Positions 45,758 through 55,200 of a stretch of 64,000 nucleotides of DNA are shown one piece after another (positions within the stretch are counted from its first letter, which is position 1; each line of letters starts with the position of its first letter). Source of the DNA: Candidatus Micrarchaeota archaeon (lineage in GTDB: Archaea; Micrarchaeota; Micrarchaeia; Micrarchaeales; CABMGC01); assembly GCA_021797995.1 (NCBI GenBank), contig JAJZYR010000001.1, positions 79,342 to 143,341 on the forward strand, written 5' to 3'. The notes beneath the pieces were generated by a model that had not been told where the DNA came from, made no database searches, and saw only the letters and a list, made by a program, of their open reading frames with translations. The position numbers and the translations under genes are program-made.

Positions 45758-46423
45758 TTACCTTGATATTACGAGCCCGAAATGCCAATGCCCGGGCTTG
45801 AATCTCTTCTTGATACTGAATCCAGGGAACCATGCAAGATACTCCTCCTCGGACATCCGCAGGTTATCTGGCGGGCCTGAATGCTGCTTGTCGCGCATGC
45901 CGGCACCTTTTCTCCAGTCAACGATTATTATACGCCCTCCAGGTTTAAGTATCCTTATTACTTCTCCAGCAGCAGCGCCCTTCCTGTCCATATCGTGGAA
46001 TGAATTCGCCATGAAAACTGCGTCTGCAGATGAGTCGGGCAGGGAGATCCTTGAAGCATCCTCCTTCAGGAACCTTACATTTTCTCCATGGACCGTCTTG
46101 CGCGCCGCAGATATCATGGCCTTGCTGCTGTCTATGCAGTAGAGCCTTGATGCGAATGGTTTCAGCTTTTTGGCATAGAACCCAGGGCCACAGCCTATAT
46201 CCGCTATAACCTGCTTCTCAGGCCCGAAGATGTCCTTGAGGAAGGCTGTATTCTCGAACTTTTCTCTGCCATTAAGCAGGCGCTGTGCTGCGGATTTGTC
46301 CCATGAGTGGTGATGCGCTTCCATTATTACACGTTTACTGGGAGACTGCCGAACAAACGATCTCCCATAGGGAGTCTGGCTTGCTATGCGCCTGCCGGAT
46401 GCACATTTGCCTGTATTCTCCAC
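45758..46423 (-). CDS. class I SAM-dependent methyltransferase (Methyltransf_11-like)
   Basis: VIADIGCGPGFYA motif I and IIIVDW post-motif. The track start is GTG 46423, with tctatataac about 25 nt upstream. An internal ATG at 46324 (MEAHHHSWDK) is an alternative start. Confidence 0.75.
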   Translation of the reverse strand: MENTGKCASGRRIASQTPYGRSFVRQSPSKRVIMEAHHHSWDKSAAQRLLNGREKFENTAFLKDIFGPEKQVIADIGCGPGFYAKKLKPFASRLYCIDSSKAMISAARKTVHGENVRFLKEDASRISLPDSSADAVFMANSFHDMDRKGAAAGEVIRILKPGGRIIIVDWRKGAGMRDKQHSGPPDNLRMSEEEYLAWFPGFSIKKRFKPGHWHFGLVISR

Positions 46424-46503
46424 GCCAGACCTCTGTTGTCAGTTATATAGAATGGCCGAGAAGCCTTAAATATCTTTAAATTAGACTGTTCTATCGGGTT
46501 CTT

Positions 46504-46568
46504 GGCCCAGTAGTAGAACGATTCCATTCGCAACGGGGAGGCCGCTGGCATGATTCCAGCAGAGTCGG
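46504..46568 (+). pseudogene. degenerate intron-less tRNA-Ala(CGC)-like fragment
   Basis: ATTCGCAA loop context. Perfect T stem GCTGG-CATGATT-CCAGC. AGAGTCG-G. Anticodon stem and acceptor stem cannot form. A TATA-like ctttaaatta lies upstream. Confidence 0.5.
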
Positions 46569-46601
46569 TTTTATCTTATTCAGTACAAACGTGGCGGTTG
46601 C

Positions 46602-47111
46602 ATGAAGAAGAAATTTAAGCTGGGCTTATTCATCGGCAGGTTCCAGCCCTTCCACAAAGGCCACATGTATGCGCTGGAGTTCTCCGCAGCAATGTGCAAG
46701 GAGCTGGTCATAGGGATTGGAAGCGCAGGGGAGTCTGGTACTGGAAGGAACCCCCTTTCGTCAAAGGCCCGCATAAGGATCATCAGGGCTGCGCTGGATG
46801 GGGCATCCCTCGATACAAGGTGCATACGCTTCATTGAGATACCAGACTTCAAGGATGATGAGAAGTGGTTCCGGTACATAACCAGGAAGGAACCAGGCAT
46901 AGAGGCCGTCTTCTCGCATCACTGGCTGGTGAAGAGGATATTTAGGGAGCATGGGCTTGCTGTAATAATGCCCCCATGGCACAAGAGGAGCTCGCTTGTG
47001 GCAACCAAAATCAGGAGGATGATAAAGGAGAAGAGGAATTGGAGGGGCAGGGTTCCTGCCGGCGCGATAAAGGAGATATCTTTATATGAGAAAATTATTA
47101 GAGGCGCATAG
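46602..47111 (+). CDS. nadM: nicotinamide-nucleotide adenylyltransferase (archaeal NMNAT)
   Basis: GLFIGRFQPFHKGH nucleotidyltransferase (H/T)xGH motif. 169 aa. Confidence 0.8.
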   Translation: MKKKFKLGLFIGRFQPFHKGHMYALEFSAAMCKELVIGIGSAGESGTGRNPLSSKARIRIIRAALDGASLDTRCIRFIEIPDFKDDEKWFRYITRKEPGIEAVFSHHWLVKRIFREHGLAVIMPPWHKRSSLVATKIRRMIKEKRNWRGRVPAGAIKEISLYEKIIRGA

Positions 47112-47428
47112 ACCCCGCTGCTGCTTTTTAGCCATGCAGAAGGCATAGGCTGGCTGTGCACCAGGGCTTTTATCTGATGCCGGAAAATGGCGAATGCCTT
47201 AACAACATGCGAGTGGAAGAATGCGCCATTTATGGGCGGATGGGAGCAGACCGCATCGCACAGGAAGTATAATGCAGATAAATATATATAAGAGATGAGC
47301 AAAAAGGTATGCAATGGAACTGATAAGTGCCCACAAATTCAGAATTTGTCCGGAGCGCGGCGCCTTCATGCGGGAAGAAGTCACTAAATGCAGAGCCACA
47401 CTTTCAGATAGCCATTGAAGCTGAGATA

Positions 47429-48646
47429 ATGGGAAGGGTACTAATCGTAGGCGCAGGAGGAGTCGGGAGGGTGGTAGCCCACAAGTGCGCGCAGATTCCT
47501 GAAGTCTTTGCTGAGATTATGTTAGCCAGCCGCAACGTCTCAAAGTGCGAAGAAATAAAGAGGGAGATTAAGGCAAAGACTGGGCGGGAGATAAAGGTTG
47601 CTGAAGTGGACGCCGATGCTGTTCCAGAGCTTGTTGCATTGATAAAGAAGTTTAATCCGGAACTCGTCGTCAATGTTGCCCTTCCTTATCAGGATCTCAA
47701 GATAATGGATGCGTGCCTTGAAGCCGGTGTAAATTACCTTGATACTGCAAACTACGAATCACCAGATGTTGCGCATTTTGAGTACAGCCAGCAATGGGCT
47801 TACCGGGATAAATTCAGACGGAATGGACTTATGGCAGTCCTTGGGTGCGGATTTGATCCAGGAGTCTCAAATCTCTTCTGCTCGTACGCCCTAAAACACC
47901 TCTTTGACGAGATAAATTATGTCGATATTCTTGATTGCAATGCAGGAAGCCATGGGTATCCGTTTGCAACCAATTTCAATCCTGAGATAAACATTCGCGA
48001 GGTGACGCAGGCAGTAAGGTATTGGGTGGACGGGAAGGTGATAGAAACCCCTCCCATTCTTGATCCAAAGAGCATTCATTTCAGCTTTGACTATCCTGTT
48101 GTAGGGCCCATGGAGAGCTATCTCCTCTACCACGAGGAACTTGAGTCGCTTGCCGCGAACATAAAGGGCCTGAAGAGAATAAGGTTCTGGATGACCTTCT
48201 CTGAAAGTTACCTGACGCACCTCAGGGTCCTCCGGAATATCGGAATGACAAGAATTGACGGAGTCGATTATGAGGGCAAGAAGGTTGTTCCGCTCAAGTT
48301 TCTCAAGTTGTTGCTTCCTGATCCGGCCACGCTTGGGACAAATTATACCGGAAAGACGGTCATTGGGGATATAATAACAGGATTAAAGGACGGAAAGAGG
48401 AAGTCTGTTTACATTTACAACATATGCGACCATGCAGAGTCGTTCAGGGAGGTCGGAGCGCAGGCAGTCTCATATACTACAGGGGTGCCTGCAATGATCG
48501 GGGCCATGATGATGCTTAAGGGCATTTGGAAGGACGCAGGGGTATTCAACATAGAGCAGCTTGACCCTGATGCATTTATGGAGGCGCTGAACAGGTACGG
48601 GCTTCCGTGGCAGCAGGTTGAGTTCACGGGGAAACTGCCTGATTAG
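47429..48646 (+). CDS. carboxy(nor)spermidine dehydrogenase (saccharopine dehydrogenase family)
   Basis: MGRVLIVGAGGVGRVVAHKCAQ Rossmann N-terminus, about 405 aa, immediately upstream of an nspC-type decarboxylase. ATG 47429 is preferred over the track start. Confidence 0.7.
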   Translation: MGRVLIVGAGGVGRVVAHKCAQIPEVFAEIMLASRNVSKCEEIKREIKAKTGREIKVAEVDADAVPELVALIKKFNPELVVNVALPYQDLKIMDACLEAGVNYLDTANYESPDVAHFEYSQQWAYRDKFRRNGLMAVLGCGFDPGVSNLFCSYALKHLFDEINYVDILDCNAGSHGYPFATNFNPEINIREVTQAVRYWVDGKVIETPPILDPKSIHFSFDYPVVGPMESYLLYHEELESLAANIKGLKRIRFWMTFSESYLTHLRVLRNIGMTRIDGVDYEGKKVVPLKFLKLLLPDPATLGTNYTGKTVIGDIITGLKDGKRKSVYIYNICDHAESFREVGAQAVSYTTGVPAMIGAMMMLKGIWKDAGVFNIEQLDPDAFMEALNRYGLPWQQVEFTGKLPD

Positions 48647-48656
48647 GTGCGCGTTC

Positions 48657-49835
48657 ATGGAAGGCCAATCTTATGAAGCTGCCATTAAAGACTTCCCGGA
48701 TAAGATGACCAGCAGCGTAGAAACCCCCTGTTTTATCGTAAGCGAGGGAGCCCTGAGGAGAAACCTTGAGATTCTTGCCTCCGTAAAGAGACGCACTGGG
48801 GCGAAGGTCCTCCTTGCGCTGAAGGCATTTGCAATGTTCAGCACATTTCCCCTTATTAGGAAATATCTTGATGGCGTATGCGCAAGCGGGCCTATTGAGG
48901 CACAGCTCGGCTTCGAGGAGTTCGGAAAGGAGGTGCATACGTTTGCCCCCGCATATTCTGAAGCGGACATGAAGAGGGTGATAAGATACTCGGACACCAT
49001 AATCTTCAACTCCATTGCCCAGTGGAAGAGGCACCGCGGGGCGATAGAGAGGAGCGGGAAGAGGATTGAGGTAGGGCTGCGCATCAATCCAGGATACTCC
49101 GAGGTGGAAAACAGGCTGTATAATCCCTCAGCTCCGGGATCGCGGCTCGGCATGGCGGCTTCGGATCTTGATGGTGATGACCTTGACGGCATCGACGGAC
49201 TTCACTTCCATTCACTATGCGAGCAGAACTCCGATGTGCTCGTGCGTGTACTGAGGTCTTTCGAAAAGCGCTGCGGGAAATACATACCGCGCATGAAATG
49301 GATCAATTTCGGCGGTGGGCACCACATAACAAGGAAGGGCTACGACACTGGACTGCTCGTCAGGACGGTAAACGACTTCAGGAGGAGGTACGGGGTGCAG
49401 GTGAACATAGAACCGGGGGAGGCTGTGGTCCTGAATGCAGGGGTATTGGTAGCCACTGTACTTGACATCGTCCACAACAGAGTCGACACGGCAATCCTTG
49501 ATACGTCTGCTGAGGCACACATGCCTGATGTCCTTGCAGGCCCTTATCGCCCGGAGGTTATAGGGGCAGGAAGGCCTGGCATGCGGAAACACACTTACAG
49601 GCTTGGGGGCCTTACGTGTCTTGCCGGCGATGTTATTGGGGATTACTCATTTTCAAAGCCGCTCAAAACCGGGGATCGCATAGTATTTCTTGACATGGCA
49701 CATTATTCGATGGTCAAGACAACCACCTTTAACGGAATACGGCATCCGTCGCTTGCACTATACAATCCAGGCACGGGGAAGGTCAGGGTGGTAAAGAAAT
49801 TTGGGTATGATGCGTATAAGGAGAGGCTTTCCTGA
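48657..49835 (+). CDS. nspC: carboxy(nor)spermidine decarboxylase
   Basis: ALKAFAMFSTFPLIRKYLDGVCASGPIEAQLG matches the NspC-type PLP-lysine region of alanine racemase-fold decarboxylases. The start is ATG 48657 or 48705. Confidence 0.7.
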   Translation: MEGQSYEAAIKDFPDKMTSSVETPCFIVSEGALRRNLEILASVKRRTGAKVLLALKAFAMFSTFPLIRKYLDGVCASGPIEAQLGFEEFGKEVHTFAPAYSEADMKRVIRYSDTIIFNSIAQWKRHRGAIERSGKRIEVGLRINPGYSEVENRLYNPSAPGSRLGMAASDLDGDDLDGIDGLHFHSLCEQNSDVLVRVLRSFEKRCGKYIPRMKWINFGGGHHITRKGYDTGLLVRTVNDFRRRYGVQVNIEPGEAVVLNAGVLVATVLDIVHNRVDTAILDTSAEAHMPDVLAGPYRPEVIGAGRPGMRKHTYRLGGLTCLAGDVIGDYSFSKPLKTGDRIVFLDMAHYSMVKTTTFNGIRHPSLALYNPGTGKVRVVKKFGYDAYKERLS

Positions 49836-49843
49836 GCCACAGC

Positions 49844-50812
49844 TTACTTGATGAACGATGCTGAGAAGGCCATGGCGTTTGCCCTTGCAATGTCGCTTTC
49901 TGTGAGCAATCTGCCCTTCAGCAGCAGGTCAATCTCATTCCTTAGGTTTGTCGTCAGCATCTCAGGCCCGTCGGTATTTATGGTATATTTTATCTTGTGG
50001 GAGTTCAGCGAGCTAAACACCTGCCTCATGTGTGCCATGTCCCTTATCACGCCGGTATGCATGTTTGATGACGGGCATACTTCAAGGACTGTGCCTGCAT
50101 CAGCCAGGAGATCCATTGTCCCCTCGCTTTCCGTTGCACGCACACCGTGACCTATCCTCTGCGGCTCAAGATACTCGAGAACCTCCCTTACTGATTCGTG
50201 GTTGTTGTCCTCCCCGGCGTGCACCGTCAGGCCGAGACCCGCTTTTCCGGCCTTCTTGTAGATATCGCCATAATCCGAGTATCTGAAGTCTCTGCTTGCT
50301 GGGCCGGCTATGTCAACGCCCACCACCCCCCTGTCCTGATACTTTATTGCCTTCTCGACTATTATCTCGTTGAGCCTGCGTTCGAAGGCCCTGTCAAGGC
50401 ACACTATTATCCCGGCCTTTACAGGATACTCCATTGACGCCCTGTCCAGTCCCCTTATCGCAGCCATCATTATCTGGTCAAGGTCCTGCTCCCCTCCCCT
50501 GTTTCTCTTCATCGGATTGAACCTTATCTCAAGCAGGGTTATGTTGTTCTTCCTGTACGCTCCGGCTATGGTCTGATATACAGCCCTCTCCACCGCCGTG
50601 GGGCTTGACTGTATAAGGTCCGTCCAGTTGAAGAGCTTCAGGTAGTCATCAAGCGACTTGACCGACTTCCGGCTTACCGTAATCATGTCCACGAAGCTCC
50701 AGTAGTCCTTCGTAGGCAGCCTTATGCCCTGCAAATGCGCAATCTCCCACATGACGGCAGGATCGACGGAACCGCCAAGATGCACATGGAGCTCGGCAAG
50801 CTTATTCTCCAT
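49844..50812 (-). CDS. add: adenosine deaminase
   Basis: ELHVHLGGS metal-binding N-terminus, HAGE, and INTDGP C-terminal motif. Confidence 0.8.
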   Translation of the reverse strand: MENKLAELHVHLGGSVDPAVMWEIAHLQGIRLPTKDYWSFVDMITVSRKSVKSLDDYLKLFNWTDLIQSSPTAVERAVYQTIAGAYRKNNITLLEIRFNPMKRNRGGEQDLDQIMMAAIRGLDRASMEYPVKAGIIVCLDRAFERRLNEIIVEKAIKYQDRGVVGVDIAGPASRDFRYSDYGDIYKKAGKAGLGLTVHAGEDNNHESVREVLEYLEPQRIGHGVRATESEGTMDLLADAGTVLEVCPSSNMHTGVIRDMAHMRQVFSSLNSHKIKYTINTDGPEMLTTNLRNEIDLLLKGRLLTESDIARANAMAFSASFIK

Positions 50813-50973
50813 GATGCTATTTGCCGTTGCGGTTTATAAGATTTCCTGTTTATTGCCATTTTCAGGGGCCGTGGCACCGGTGAATGAGTACCATTGTAAC
50901 GAAAAGTACTGACGGAACTGACACTTTTCAGTATATTTATATATGATGGACGGCGCAATTCCTGTGTGGAAAC

Positions 50974-51570
50974 ATGGCAGGCAGAGAAAGCGATAATGGA
51001 AGCGGGGGCAGGATAAGAACGCGCACAGGCATTATTACCGGTCGTGTTACTAACCGGATGGACTTGGCGCCTCTTGCAAGGGACGCAAGGGACAGAATAG
51101 GCTATAGGATAATGGATATGATGGACGCTATAAAGGACAGGGCGGGAGCCGCAAGAGATGGCGTAAAGCGAGACATACATGAGCTTATCATTGACGACTT
51201 GGCATCTGATATGTTGGATGCGTATAGAAAAATTAGCCCGGAAGAGATGCGGAAGGACGTTAGACGAAGCAGGCTGCATAGAACTGGCGCGTTTGCCTTG
51301 ACGCTTCCGTTATCCGTAGCAGGATATCTTGTTGATTTCCATGCGAGACAGCCTCCTAGCCCTGCTGTATGGGATATGGTGAACATTGGGTGGCTGATTG
51401 CAGTAGCCACGGTGGCCGGAACATGGGTGAATGTGAAGGCAAGGGAACTGGCTAGCATTATGGTAAAGAAGGAGCGGAGAATGGCGGCGGTGGCGGAGGA
51501 GGAAGAGATAGGGAAGGTAATACATGTTGACTTCTCCGGCAATGGCAGTGGAAGCGGGCCTGCAAGCTAG
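50974..51570 (+). CDS. hypothetical membrane protein
   Basis: 198 aa with two hydrophobic segments. TATA-like tatatttatatatg lies about 30 nt upstream. Confidence 0.5.
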   Translation: MAGRESDNGSGGRIRTRTGIITGRVTNRMDLAPLARDARDRIGYRIMDMMDAIKDRAGAARDGVKRDIHELIIDDLASDMLDAYRKISPEEMRKDVRRSRLHRTGAFALTLPLSVAGYLVDFHARQPPSPAVWDMVNIGWLIAVATVAGTWVNVKARELASIMVKKERRMAAVAEEEEIGKVIHVDFSGNGSGSGPAS

Positions 51571-51642
51571 GCAACGCGCTGCCGGGCCCGGCAAGCACTG
51601 ATAGGTTTAAAAAGGTGCCATGAATAACAGTAGTGTCATTAT

Positions 51643-52239
51643 ATGCTCTTCATGCTCGGCATTATCCTAGACGTGGTTGCGGTAATTGCAGTCCTTGTGG
51701 TGCTCATTCTCATAGGCACGTTCGTAAGCATCTATAACGTGCTCGTCACGCTGAGCAACAACGTGAAGAAGGCATGGGCTGACATCGATGTGCTCCTTGA
51801 GAAGAGGCATGACATGCTGGGAAAGCTGATGGACACGGTGAGCGGATATGCAAAGTACGAGAGGAGCGTGCTTACGCAGGTCACCAAGGCCAGGACGGCA
51901 TGGATGGGCGCGCAGAAAGGCACCGTCCAGAACAAGATCGACGCATCGAACCAGATATCAACCGCGCTCAAGTCAATATTCGCCGTCGCGGAGAACTACC
52001 CGGATCTCAAGGCCGACAACAACTTCATGCAGCTGCAGCAAGCCATTACGGAGATTGAGAGCCAGATAGCCGACAGGAGGGAATTCTACAATGATGCAGT
52101 GAACTTATTCAACATAAGGATACAGCAGATACCGTATACCTTCTTTGCAGGCATGCTCCATTATGCACCGCAGCCGCTCTTCCAGGTGCCTGAAGAGGAG
52201 AAGCAGGATGTCAAGATCCGATTTGACACGGGTTCCTAG
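51643..52239 (+). CDS. LemA family protein
   Basis: N-terminal TM segment followed by the ENYPDLKADNNFMQLQ...REFYNDAVNLFN LemA signature. Confidence 0.8.
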   Translation: MLFMLGIILDVVAVIAVLVVLILIGTFVSIYNVLVTLSNNVKKAWADIDVLLEKRHDMLGKLMDTVSGYAKYERSVLTQVTKARTAWMGAQKGTVQNKIDASNQISTALKSIFAVAENYPDLKADNNFMQLQQAITEIESQIADRREFYNDAVNLFNIRIQQIPYTFFAGMLHYAPQPLFQVPEEEKQDVKIRFDTGS

Positions 52240-52296
52240 ACGGCTCGCCATACTGGAAGGCTGAGCCCGCTGATATGCGGCTGGGCAGGCGCATAC

Positions 52297-55200
52297 CTAA
52301 CCATTTCGGGGATTGCGGGAGCCGTGCCGTGCAAGCGGTCCCCTTCTCCTTTTGCCCTTCCTGCTCAGGTAGTATGCTGCAATCATTAGCAGGATTATTG
52401 CAACTGCAATAACAGCGATTACCGTGCTGGTTGCGGCCGGCGGCTTTGCCTGCGCAGGCGGCGCGGCCGCCTGGGAGGTCGTCTGTGCCGTAGAGACTGG
52501 CACCGTAGTGGTTTTCGGCGGCAGGGCCTGGAAGACGCCTATTATAGGGTCGCCTGGCGCAAGGCTGAAGGAGACTGTGCACGCTGACGCATTGGCAGTG
52601 GAAGTTATCGCAGCCCACGCACCGTTGAGCAGCTTGTATACGCTTATAGTTGGAGAGGGTGCACTGCACGGATAGTGAACCGTGATGTTGAGCGATGCGG
52701 AAGGCGAAGACACGTTGACTCCGAATGAGAGCAGCTTCTTGTATCCCGTCAGGTTGGGTGTCGATGCCGTGTCGTTCGCAAGCGACACATTTGAAGTGAA
52801 AGGGACGTTTGACGCAGTATAGACAAGTATGAGCGCATTCCCGTTCTCGAAGTTGATGTCGAGCGGGCTGTTGCTGGATATGTAAGGTATAAGGCCATTG
52901 AATGACGGCCCTGTTACGTTTATGATACGCAGGGCGTTGGTGGAGAGGTAGAAGCTGACCGAGGCATTGTGGAGTATGGGTGTGTACTGTATGCTGTTCA
53001 GCATGGCGTAGCAGCTGCCCTGGCCTGAGGCGCCTATCTGCACAGGATTGCCGAGCGTGAGCACCTTTAGCGCGTTGTTTACGCTGATGCCTGTGGCGTT
53101 TGGACTGATGTAGTTGTCCGTCACCGTGAATGCCTCGCCGCAGAGCGTGATGCTGAAGGTATTTAGCTGGGCAATGCCGTTGACGATGTAGCCGTTAGGG
53201 ATAGTGGATATCGAAGGCTTCTGCACCCCGCCACCGCCGCCGGTTGCCATGCCTGACGAGCCTCCGGTTCCGTAGTATATCGTAGTCGTCGATGGCGCAG
53301 GAGGACTTGGATTTGGAATCGAGAACTGCGTGCCTGGATCCGTACTGCCTACAACAGTGTTTGCGCCCCATAGGCCATATACGGTATCGTTAGTGAGTCC
53401 TGTAGCAAGCAGGAGAGATGCAGGAGCCCTGCTGCCGAAGGAAGGAAGCTTGAGGAACGCCCTGTTATCCCCGTAGGTGGAGCTGTGGGTTATGTAGAGC
53501 ACGAGGGAGTTGTTCCTTCCCCCTCCGATAGTCGTATTTGCGCCAAGAGTCGGGGTAAGTATTAGGGTATTGGCTGAAGTGACGTTAACGAGGAGCGTTA
53601 TCTCGTTTATGGGCAGGGTCAGCGTGAAGGTGTTGTTGATAGTCGTGCTTGCACTCGGCGGGAGCAGCGACCAGTATCCCGTGTACGGAGGCTGACCGCC
53701 ACTGAAGAAGAGTGTTAGGAAGGTAGTCTTTCCTACATCGACAGTGGTGTTTGTTATAGAGACTGTTGCAGGGGAGATTGCGGGGAAGAACACAGAGCTG
53801 AAGATTCCGTTCGCGGTTTCCTGCGGAGTGCCTGCATCCTTTACTGATACCTTAACGAGGTTCGGGCCGGCAGAGGCTGTGACGGAGTTGAATGTGAAGG
53901 AGTTTGTCGTATCCTCTGAGACGCTGTTGTACGCTATCACATTCGTGGCCATGTAGTATGAGATTGCCATTGGCGTGATGGGCCCTATTGCACTGCCTCT
54001 GTCGGTGACGTTCGCTGCCATCTCTACTATCCCGTTGCCTGCGGAATTTATGTAATTCATGTTGTTTATGTTGGTGTTGGAAGAGGTAAAGGACCTGACG
54101 AACGTATATGCTGGGAACTGGCCCAGCCTCGTTGAGTTGGTCAGGTTTATCAGCATGAATGTGTTCGGGACGTTTGACTGCGCGTTGGCGATCTCGGGCA
54201 TGTTGTACGTGAAGTACGTGACCGAATTTGTTGGTATCGCGGAGCCCGGAACAAGCAGAGTATTGGTTGTAAGTATCAAATTGACCGGGATCCCGTTCTC
54301 GCCGGAGTACGTAACTAGGTTATTAGGCGCAATTGGCGTGTTGGCAGGCACCTCGCCAAGGAAGTTCCCGTTAGGCACGTTGTAGAGCAGCGTGGGGCCG
54401 TTGTACGTGTACTGTGCAAGCTGAATGTTGTTTGAGGGATCCTGCGAAGGCAGCACCCCGTTTGCGTTGATTGAGTCGTAGATGCTGATCCGCACGCCTG
54501 GTGCAGGTGGCGTTAGGCCATAGATCCATACTCCTGTAATGTTGTAGGCGAGGAACGTGGGCAATGAAGAAGGGCCTTGCATGAGGGCGGTGTTGGAGCT
54601 TGCAGGCAGCGCATTTATCCCATAGATCAGGAAGGACCGTACCTTCGAGCCATTCAGCCCGCCTCCCCACCCTGCGACAGCAACGATGAACGGGGGTGTG
54701 TACGCGCTCACGTAGTTCGCACTGATGCCAAGGTTGGTTATCGTTACCTCTGGATCTACAAGCTTTCTGGCTATGGCATTCTGTATCTGCGGCGAATTTG
54801 ATGTGAGCACCGTAGCAACGTTGAGCGTATTGGACTGCATGAGCGAGTATGTGTCAAGGTTGTAGATTACGCTGTTCTGCACCCCGCCTGCGCCGGGCTG
54901 GTACTGCGCACCTACCGTATTGATTGTGAACATGCCGGTGTGGTTGCTCGATACGACGAAGAGGTTCGGAAGGAAGGCGGGCAGCACACTTTCGTTGCCT
55001 CCGGCAACCGCAAGCACATTGCCTGTAGACATTGCATTGAAGGCAATGCCATTCCACGCGTAAGGAGTCACTGTAAGCGTGTTTCCTGGATTCTGATATT
55101 CGAACATCGGGTTCGGAGGCGTTCTGCTGCTTGGACTTTGCGGCTGCGGCATCTGAAACGGAGGAACTAGGGAAAACTGCATGAGGTCGTATCCCCCAAG

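Noticed and set aside
36483-46568. Possibility that the tRNA-Ala fragments are Nanoarchaeum-type split-tRNA halves or permuted tRNAs, or that R is a CRISPR-like or C/D-box sRNA array
   Set aside because: The fragments do not break at position 37/38. No complementary leader/trailer pairs or matching 5' acceptor strands were found. The R copies are kilobases apart, unlike CRISPR spacing, and contain no RUGAUGA/CUGA box pairs.
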